Shown piece by piece: positions 32,154 through 39,007 of a stretch of 39,007 bases of DNA (positions are counted from its first letter, which is position 1; the number at the start of each line of letters is the position of its first letter). The position numbers and the translations under genes were made by a program. Source of the stretch: Terriglobales bacterium (GTDB taxonomy: Bacteria > Acidobacteriota > Terriglobia > Terriglobales > Acidobacteriaceae); contig JBEKFN010000001.1 in the NCBI GenBank assembly GCA_050013295.1, forward strand, positions 1 to 39,007. Reading direction: 5' to 3'. The notes beneath the pieces were generated by a model. That model made no database searches. It was not told the DNA's origin and saw only the letters and a program-made list of their open reading frames with translations.

Positions 32154-33584
32154 ATGGTACACGAGGTAGTACGCGAGAAAGACGCGATGATCGTCAACTT
32201 CGCCGAGCGGGCGCACAACCACAACTGGGAACTGGACCCGGTGACCCGATCCTTGCTCGATACCGATTTCTACAAGCTGCTGATGCTCCAGTTCATCTGG
32301 AAGCATTACCCGAGAACCCGAGTGTCGTTTTCGCTGTTCAACCGCTCTACTTCCTTCCGCCTCGCCGACATGTTCCCGCGCGAGGAGCTTATCCACCAGA
32401 TGGAGCACGTTCGCGGCCTCCGGTTTCGCAGGTCGGAACTGGTCTGGCTCGCCGGCAACACCTTCTATGGCCGCCGCGGAATCTTCGAACCCGCTTTTCT
32501 GGAATGGCTGGAACGCGATTTCCAGTTGTCGGACTATGAACTATCGGTCAACGACGGACAGTTCCATCTCACTTTCGACGGCCTTTGGACCGAGACAACG
32601 ATGTGGGAACTCTATGCGCTTTCCATACTCGACGAGCTCAAGACCCGAGCCGGTTTGAAAAAGCTGCGCGAGTTCGGTCTCGACATCCTGTATGCCCGGG
32701 CGAAAACAAAGCTCTGGGGCAAGATCGAGCGGCTGCGCGGCGTCCCCGGTCTCGCCGTGGCCGACTTCGGAACCCGCCGCCGCCACAGCTTCCTCTGGCA
32801 GGAATACGTGGTCATCGCCATGGCAGCAAATCTCGGCAGCGCCTTTACTGGAACCTCGAACGCCTTCCTCGCCCACAAGCACGATCTTGAAGCCATCGGA
32901 ACCAACGCGCACGAGATCCCCATGGTCCTCGCCGCACTCGCACCCGACGACGACAGCCTGAAAGCTTCTCAATACCGCGTCCTCGAGTTGTGGCAGAGCA
33001 CCTATGAAGGCGCTCTCCGCATTATGCTGCCGGATACTTTTGGAACCTCGCAATTTCTCGACCATGCCCCCGACTGGACGGCCGATTGGACGGGCCAACG
33101 CATCGACAGCAAGAATCCCTACATCGCCGGCGATGAATATGTCCAATGGCTCAACGAGCGTGGTCGGGATCCGCATGAAAAGCTCATCATCGCGTCCGAC
33201 GCACTCGACGTCGATGACATCCTCGGCCTGCACGCCTATTTTGGCGGGGCGCTGGCGGGCGGCGCCACGATTCGCACCACGATAAACGACTTTCGCAGTG
33301 CCGCCGATTTCCTCGATCCCAAAAAGTGGACCCCGGGCCGGCGCATTCGTTTCAGCGCGGGTTGGGGAACTTTTCTGACCAACGACTTCCGCGGCTGTGA
33401 TCCCGCCGCCGGCAGCGACTTTGACCCAATCAGCCTGATCTGCAAGGTATCCACTGTTGAAGGCAAGCCCGCAGTCAAGCTCTCAGATAACTACGCCAAG
33501 GCGCTCGGCACGCCGACCGAAATCGAACGCTATCGCCGCCTGTTCGGCACCAAAGGACTCAGCAACATTCCGGTGATTACGTGA
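32154..33584 (+). CDS. pncB: Nicotinate phosphoribosyltransferase
   Basis: LLDTDFYKLLM..., DFGTRRRHS, GTSNAFLA..., MLPDTFGT motifs. An alternative ATG lies at 32187. Confidence 0.93.
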   Translation: MVHEVVREKDAMIVNFAERAHNHNWELDPVTRSLLDTDFYKLLMLQFIWKHYPRTRVSFSLFNRSTSFRLADMFPREELIHQMEHVRGLRFRRSELVWLAGNTFYGRRGIFEPAFLEWLERDFQLSDYELSVNDGQFHLTFDGLWTETTMWELYALSILDELKTRAGLKKLREFGLDILYARAKTKLWGKIERLRGVPGLAVADFGTRRRHSFLWQEYVVIAMAANLGSAFTGTSNAFLAHKHDLEAIGTNAHEIPMVLAALAPDDDSLKASQYRVLELWQSTYEGALRIMLPDTFGTSQFLDHAPDWTADWTGQRIDSKNPYIAGDEYVQWLNERGRDPHEKLIIASDALDVDDILGLHAYFGGALAGGATIRTTINDFRSAADFLDPKKWTPGRRIRFSAGWGTFLTNDFRGCDPAAGSDFDPISLICKVSTVEGKPAVKLSDNYAKALGTPTEIERYRRLFGTKGLSNIPVIT

Positions 33585-34456
33585 ATAATTCGATGTCCCA
33601 CTCACATTCACCAGTCCCCGATTTTCTCTACGGCACCGCCTGGAAGGAAGATCGCACCCCAGCCCTCACCGAACTCGCACTGCGCATGGGCTTTCGCGGC
33701 ATCGACACGGCGAACCAGCGGCGGCATTACTTCGAAGAAGGAGTGGGCCAAGGATTGGCCACCGCTTATCGCGCCGGCTTGGTCACGCGCGCCGATCTTT
33801 TTCTGCAAACGAAATTTACCTATCGGCCCGGTCAGGACCACCGCCTGCCCTACGACCCCGCAGCCTCGCTTTCCGTTCAGGTCGCTCAGTCAATGGCCAG
33901 TTCGCTCGACCATCTCGCGACCGGCTACGTTGACAGTTACGTGCTGCACGGTCCCTCCTCCAACTACGACTGGACCGATGCTGACAACGAGGTCTGGGAG
34001 GCGATGCAGAAAGAGCGCGATGCCGGCCGCGCCCGTTTCCTCGGCGTAAGCAACGTTTCCCTGCGTCACCTGCAGCAGATGGCAACCGCCCGCGCCGAAC
34101 TTCCTGCATTCGTGCAAAACCGTTGCTATGCCCGCCTCGGCTGGGACCGCGCCGTGCGATTGTTTTGCCGGGAGCGCAAAATCATCTATCAGGGATTCTC
34201 GCTTCTCACCGCAAATCGGGAGGTGCTGCACCATCCTCTGATCGCTAGTCTAACGACCGCCAGTCTAAGCATCGCCAGTCTGGCCGCGAACGCTAACGCC
34301 ACGCCGGCCCAGATCGTGTTCAGCTTCGCCCGCACCGTCGGAATCCTGCCTCTGACCGGCACCTCCGACCGAGAGCACATGCAGCAGGATCTGGCCAGCC
34401 GCGACCTCACGCTCCCGCTGGACGCAGTACATGCAATTGAGTCCTTGGCCGGCTGA
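33581..34456 (+). CDS. Aldo/keto reductase
   Basis: GFRGIDTANQRRHYFEEGVG, YVDSYVLHGP, LGVSNVS. The GTG start overlaps the pncB stop (GTGA). Confidence 0.9.
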   Translation: MNNSMSHSHSPVPDFLYGTAWKEDRTPALTELALRMGFRGIDTANQRRHYFEEGVGQGLATAYRAGLVTRADLFLQTKFTYRPGQDHRLPYDPAASLSVQVAQSMASSLDHLATGYVDSYVLHGPSSNYDWTDADNEVWEAMQKERDAGRARFLGVSNVSLRHLQQMATARAELPAFVQNRCYARLGWDRAVRLFCRERKIIYQGFSLLTANREVLHHPLIASLTTASLSIASLAANANATPAQIVFSFARTVGILPLTGTSDREHMQQDLASRDLTLPLDAVHAIESLAG

Positions 34457-34471
34457 CTAGATCTGGTTTCT

Positions 34472-34550
34472 TAAATCGGTTTTGGTAGGGCACGGCTTCA
34501 GCCATGCCGTTCAGGGCCTGGAGGAATGCGGGCTTTAGCCCCTGAGGGAC
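34472..34550. repeat. Hairpin-pair repeat related to the MITE core
   Basis: ATCGGTTTTGGTAGGGCACGGCTTCAGCCATGCCG...GCGGGCTTTAGCCCCTGAGGG. Same two modules as 23731..23845. Confidence 0.65.
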
Positions 34551-34625
34551 GTGCCTTCCAAGTTGAAAGGAATTTATGAAACCAGCCCTACGCCCGGTGA
34601 ACTCCCGCGGTTAACCGACTTCCCT

Positions 34626-34988
34626 TCAAGCCGTCCCGGTGTTAGCCAGCGCTTCCACCGCCTCCCACGTCGTGCCAAAGGTCACGAAAAACTCGTTCAC
34701 CTTGGTCATTTCCATAATCTTGCGCACCCGCGGCTTCATACCTGTCAGCACCAGGCATCGTCCCGTTTTCTGATGCGATACGTACACCCTCACCAGCGAC
34801 CCCAATCCCACCGAATCAATGTAAGGGACCGCCGTCAAATCCAGAATCATCGTCTCCGCGCGCTCCTGCTGCACCGCTTGCTCGAATCGCGGCGCGGTTT
34901 CGATCGTAATCGGACCACGCAGCAACAAAATCCGCTGATCGTCCGCCACTCCTTCATAGCGCTCGACGGTAAGTTCCTGCAATCCCAT
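34626..34988 (-). CDS. STAS-domain anti-sigma-factor antagonist (SpoIIAA-like)
   Basis: ILDLTAVPYIDSVGLGSLV...LVLTGMKPRVRKIMEMTKV pattern. Confidence 0.85.
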   Translation of the reverse strand: MGLQELTVERYEGVADDQRILLLRGPITIETAPRFEQAVQQERAETMILDLTAVPYIDSVGLGSLVRVYVSHQKTGRCLVLTGMKPRVRKIMEMTKVNEFFVTFGTTWEAVEALANTGTA

Positions 34989-35062
34989 GGCAGCCGATTG
35001 TAGGATACCCGGCTCCCCCTGTCACCTCCCACAAATACAATTCCTTATTCCACCCCCGCTCC

Positions 35063-35479
35063 TTACTGCGGTTTCTTGTCGGCCCCGTGATTCTCGTACA
35101 CCGAGTACTGCCCGCCCGGACGCTTCAGCTTCACTGTGATCTCCATCTCCGCCTTGTTGATCTCGTAGTCCTCCCCAAAACTCTGGAAATGCGGCGCCAG
35201 CACTTGCACCCGCAGCGGACCATACGGAATCCCGTCAACGCTCGTCCGCCCCTCTGCGTCCGTCTTCAGATCCATCTCTCCCTGCGCCTGCTTCCCCTTG
35301 CGTTTTACCGGATGCAGTACCACCGCCGCATCCCTCACCGGCTTACCGTCGGAGTCGCGCACCACCACAAACCGCAAACGTGACGTCGGCCCCTCATCCT
35401 CCTGAGTCCACGCCAACCCAACCATGCCGAACCCAAGTATGATCGCCGCCACTATCACCCTCGAAAAATTTCTTTTCAT
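35063..35479 (-). CDS. Secreted carboxypeptidase-regulatory-like (CarboxypepD_reg) domain protein, paralog 1
   Basis: Signal/anchor followed by RFVVVRDSDGKPVRDAAVVLHP...TDAEGRTSVDGIPYGPLRVQVLAPHFQSF. Confidence 0.65.
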   Translation of the reverse strand: MKRNFSRVIVAAIILGFGMVGLAWTQEDEGPTSRLRFVVVRDSDGKPVRDAAVVLHPVKRKGKQAQGEMDLKTDAEGRTSVDGIPYGPLRVQVLAPHFQSFGEDYEINKAEMEITVKLKRPGGQYSVYENHGADKKPQ

Positions 35480-35517
35480 ATGCAATCTCACTCGAACATC
35501 TGTCAAAGCGCCTCTGA

Positions 35518-35964
35518 TTACTGCGGTTTCTGCTCCGCCGGTTTCTTGTCGTCAGCTTTCTTCGTATCTCCGTTGTTCGCGCCCGGCGAGTATTGCGCTC
35601 CCGGACGCTTTAGCTTCACCGTGATCTGCAACTCCGGCTTGTTGATCTCGTAGTCTTCCCCAAAAGTCTGGAAACCCGGCGCCAGCACCTGCACCCGCAG
35701 CGGACCATACGGAATCCCGTCAATATTCGTCCGCCCATCGTTGTCCGTCTTCAACTCCATCCCGCCGCGCGACTGCTTTCCCTTCCGATCCACCGGATGC
35801 AGTACCACCGCCGCATCCCTCACCGGCTTGCCGTTGTAGTCGCGCACGACCACAAACCGCAATGCCGACATCAGCCCCTCATACTCCTGAGCCCACACCA
35901 CCCCAACCAGGCCAAACCCGAGCACGATCAACACCGCACTTACCATCGAAAAACGCTTCTTCAT
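35518..35964 (-). CDS. Secreted carboxypeptidase-regulatory-like domain protein, paralog 2
   Basis: Roughly 70% identical by eye to 35063..35479 over the core. Start at MKKRFSMV (or MTDMKK at 35973). Confidence 0.65.
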   Translation of the reverse strand: MKKRFSMVSAVLIVLGFGLVGVVWAQEYEGLMSALRFVVVRDYNGKPVRDAAVVLHPVDRKGKQSRGGMELKTDNDGRTNIDGIPYGPLRVQVLAPGFQTFGEDYEINKPELQITVKLKRPGAQYSPGANNGDTKKADDKKPAEQKPQ

Positions 35965-36209
35965 GTCAGTCATTCTAGACTCACCTACTGAACAGGCCAC
36001 CAATCCCCCACGGGTGTAAATTGGCGATGCTGCGCCAGTTGAGCGTAAGGATTGGATGTCGTAAGGGCCTGGCTTCGTGTCTGAAGTGAGTGTCATCTGA
36101 AGCTGTGGATTATATCGGACTGCCGCGTTTGGCCCGCCGAAAAAAGGCCTATCCACCTGGGGCCCGGGCCATCCGCTCGATTTAACCAATGAACGTCTGG
36201 CTCGGCTTG

Positions 36210-37754
36210 TTAGAGGTTCGCGGCAAGAAACGGTGTGTCGTTTTGCGCTGCCGGCATCAGAACCTCGGGCATGGTCAGCACTCGATCGAGCGCGTCGGCG
36301 AGGGTAAAATGAAACTCGGAAGTCAGGAGGTTGACATCCAGTTGAAGTTCACGCGGGCTGTAGATGCGATAGACAACGAGTGAGCCGCGACGCCGGTTCG
36401 AAGTTGTCACCAAGTCCAGCGTCAGCTTCCACGAAGGCTCGTTGGAAATTGCCGCCATGTGAGGAAGCTTGCTCCAGTGAAGGTGGCGGTTGGTTTCGCT
36501 TGGCATCGCTTGATCGCCGGGAAGCGACTTAAGGTGCAACTCAAACCCATCCAAATCGTTGTTCTCGAAGGCGGCGACCAGGACGCTGCGCACCTGATTG
36601 AAATCGCCGGCCACTTTGAGTTCCTCGACCGCGCGGCGCACCGAAAGATTGTTGATCACGATCTGCCGCTGATCAATGGCGCGCTGCGCCACTCGCCGCA
36701 GTTCGAAAAATTCCAGGTAATTCAGATGCTGGACGCCCAGCCAGACGCCGGTCCCCACGACCGCCAGCACGAGCCCCAGGGTGCTGCCCGTCGGCCAAAT
36801 CAGGAATAGGCTGAGCAGGGCAAATATTGCGGAGACGGCGTAGAGAACGATCACCACCTGGCGATGCGAAAAACCCATCTGCAGCAACTTGTGATGGATG
36901 TGTTCGCGATCGGCGGTGAAAATCGGGCGCCCGCTGATCAGCCGTCGCAGGATGGATAGCAACGTTTCCAGAATCGGCAATCCAAACGAAACCACCGGGA
37001 TGGCCACCGCCACGAACGTCGGCGCTTTCTGCGCTCCGGCCAGAGCCAGCGCGCTGAGCATGAAACCGATGAACAGGCTGCCCGAGTCACCCAGAAAAAT
37101 CGTGGCCGGATTGAAGTTGAAGCGCAGGAATCCCAGGATGGCGCCGGCCAGTGTCACGCTCATCAGGGAGAACAGCCACGAATGATTAACCAGCGCGACG
37201 ACAAAAAACACCATCGTCGAAAACAAGGCGGATCCGGCGGCCAAACCATCCAGACCGTCAATGAGATTAAAGGCATTGGTAACCGCCACCACCCACAACA
37301 CCGTGAGCGGCAACCCGACGAACCAGGGCAACGAGTGGAATCCGAAGATCACTGGCAGATTGAGAATCCGCATTCCGCTGGCGAAGAGCATCACACCGGC
37401 GATCGCCTGCACGGCGAACTTCAAATACGGACCCGCGCCGCGGAGATCATCGTAGATGCCAAGACAAAAAATTAGGCAGGCCGGAACATAAATACGGAGA
37501 AGCGTGGTGGGAGCGAGTCCATCGAGCAGGCGGGGAAATGCGAGGGAAAGACCCAGCCACGCGATCAAGCTGACTGAGAAAGCCAGGAAAATCGCTACGC
37601 CACCCAGCCGGGGAAGAGGAGATTCATGGATATGGCGACCGTGCTGCGGGAGGGAAACCCATCCTCGGCGCGTGGCCATGTCTCGCACTTGGCGCGTCGC
37701 CACAAACGACAGAGCCAACGAGAACGCAAAGAGCCCAAAGAACAGAAGTGTCAA
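36210..37754 (-). CDS. GT4 polyprenyl-phosphate N-acetylhexosamine-1-phosphate transferase (WecA/TagO/MraY family) with an about 170-aa C-terminal extension
   Basis: YDDLRG, NAFNLIDGLDGLA, NPATIFLGDSGS motifs across about 10 TM helices. The soluble tail matches no domain I recognise. Confidence 0.9.
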   Translation of the reverse strand: MTLLFFGLFAFSLALSFVATRQVRDMATRRGWVSLPQHGRHIHESPLPRLGGVAIFLAFSVSLIAWLGLSLAFPRLLDGLAPTTLLRIYVPACLIFCLGIYDDLRGAGPYLKFAVQAIAGVMLFASGMRILNLPVIFGFHSLPWFVGLPLTVLWVVAVTNAFNLIDGLDGLAAGSALFSTMVFFVVALVNHSWLFSLMSVTLAGAILGFLRFNFNPATIFLGDSGSLFIGFMLSALALAGAQKAPTFVAVAIPVVSFGLPILETLLSILRRLISGRPIFTADREHIHHKLLQMGFSHRQVVIVLYAVSAIFALLSLFLIWPTGSTLGLVLAVVGTGVWLGVQHLNYLEFFELRRVAQRAIDQRQIVINNLSVRRAVEELKVAGDFNQVRSVLVAAFENNDLDGFELHLKSLPGDQAMPSETNRHLHWSKLPHMAAISNEPSWKLTLDLVTTSNRRRGSLVVYRIYSPRELQLDVNLLTSEFHFTLADALDRVLTMPEVLMPAAQNDTPFLAANL

Positions 37755-38291
37755 AAGAAGACTCCTCTTTCGGCTGAAATAACCGGCATTTCAGGCCCAA
37801 GTTCGCAGAACGAATTTTCCGTCAGACGAAGTTTTGTTACCAAGCGCAGGAAATTTGTGATATTTGATTGCAGAAACTATACATCTTCCGGCTTGCGGTG
37901 GGCAAATGCTTCTCGCGGCAGGATGACTGGCATGCGGCCATGGACAGCTGATGTCAGAGCATTGGCGTCGTGGTCAGAATCGCGCAGGTTGCCGCGGTGT
38001 TCTCACCGCGCTCGCCTTGGCAGAGAACCTATGTAGAGAGAATAATTGGATCCATTCGAGTGCCGCAACCGAATTTCCTGAACGGTACCCCCCGTTTCGG
38101 CGCTACAATGTCATTGTCACAATACAGACTTAAGTCTCCGGCAGTTGGGCCTCGTATCCGTAACGAGCGTAACGAGGAAGATGACCTCGTTTCCCGGGTT
38201 TGATGTTTCTGGCTTCTTAGCAATGTGCCGCCAGCACTGGCCATCAGATTGGAGTGGAGCCTTCAGGCTCTCCACTCGGAAGGAAGATGAT

Positions 38292-39007
38292 ATGAAGAAT
38301 CCCATGTTCATAGCGCTTCTCTTGTCCACAGTAGTTGCGCTTCCCGCGTTCACGCAGCAAACTAATCCAAGTTCAAGCGCGCAGCCGGCACCATCTGCTG
38401 ATCAAACTACTCCCGCTTCACAGCCCGTGACGGCCACCGGCAAAGAACAGTTGCAACCTAGGAGCGACCAGGACTTCTGGGAGGGCGATGAGCCTGGCTT
38501 GGGTTGGCTCGTCTTGCACCCATTTGCCAGCAAGCCGTATGTACGGCGGCAGGTGCAGAGCATCCAGGACCGGGTCAACGAACTCGATGAACTGACCGCG
38601 TCTAACAATAAAATGATCAGGGACGTGGATGCCCGTGCCCAGCAAGGCATTCAGCTGGCTTCCGCCAAGACCAAGATGGCCGATGAGCATGCGCTAGAGG
38701 CCGCCGACAAGGCTCAGATGGCCCATCAGACGGCGGCCGCCGTAGACACCCGCCTGTCCACGGTCGAGACAGTGGTCGGGAATATCGATCAGTACAAGTT
38801 CGCGGCGCCGACCGAGATTCGTTTCCGCCCCGGCCAGACCGTGCTGAGCAAGCAGGCCAAGGAAGCTCTCGACGAGATAGCCACTCAGGTGAAGAATCAG
38901 CACGGTTACGTCATCGAAGTGCAGGGCTTCTCTTCGGGTCAGGGCCAAGCCGCGATCGCCAACTCCCGGAAGATTGCGGACTCGGTGGTACGTTACCTGG
39001 TGTTGAA
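38292..39007 (+). CDS. OmpA-family protein with signal peptide and coiled-coil region (3' end lies outside the window)
   Basis: Not in the ORF track because no stop is reached. I translated 238 codons with no stop: MKNPMFIALLLSTVVALPAFTQQ...IRFRPGQTVLSKQAKEALDEIATQVKNQHGYVIEVQGFSS. The three minus-strand ORFs listed here are shadows. Confidence 0.8.
   Translation, partial: MKNPMFIALLLSTVVALPAFTQQTNPSSSAQPAPSADQTTPASQPVTATGKEQLQPRSDQDFWEGDEPGLGWLVLHPFASKPYVRRQVQSIQDRVNELDELTASNNKMIRDVDARAQQGIQLASAKTKMADEHALEAADKAQMAHQTAAAVDTRLSTVETVVGNIDQYKFAAPTEIRFRPGQTVLSKQAKEALDEIATQVKNQHGYVIEVQGFSSGQGQAAIANSRKIADSVVRYLVL

Overview
GC-rich bacterial chromosomal segment, dominated by housekeeping genes and densely seeded with small intergenic repeats. 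Gene content and repeat style resemble Acidobacteriota, but that is inference only. Confidently recognised genes: the pntAA-pntAB-pntB transhydrogenase operon, tRNA-Lys(UUU), an APC amino-acid permease, purU, a BshA-type GT4 glycosyltransferase and a LytS-type histidine kinase. Also recognised: an AlaX-type editing protein, a bactofilin plus SAM-methyltransferase pair, and an OSBS/NSAR enolase plus GNAT plus MazG plus glycerophosphodiesterase string. The remaining recognised genes are pncB, an aldo/keto reductase, a STAS protein, two tandem CarboxypepD_reg-like paralogs, a WecA/MraY-family transferase and a PQQ-propeller/Ig-like surface protein. Two genes run off the window edges: 1..918, and an OmpA-like gene from 38292 that is absent from the ORF track. 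Most long ORFs antisense to these genes are codon-aligned shadow frames typical of high-GC DNA. I found no recognisable multi-gene defence or other novel system. The things most worth a second look are listed here. (1) A low-GC islet at about 23.9-25.0 kb holds a 455-bp cassette bounded by a perfect 22-bp inverted repeat, and a 233-codon frame split by a single TAG. (2) Two about 97% identical 140-bp MITEs with TA duplications each sit exactly on a TAG stop codon. (3) Three palindromes have arms that are themselves 7/14-nt tandem arrays. (4) A GC hairpin repeat sits just upstream of three start codons. (5) An outer-membrane barrel gene has its signal peptide in a different frame.
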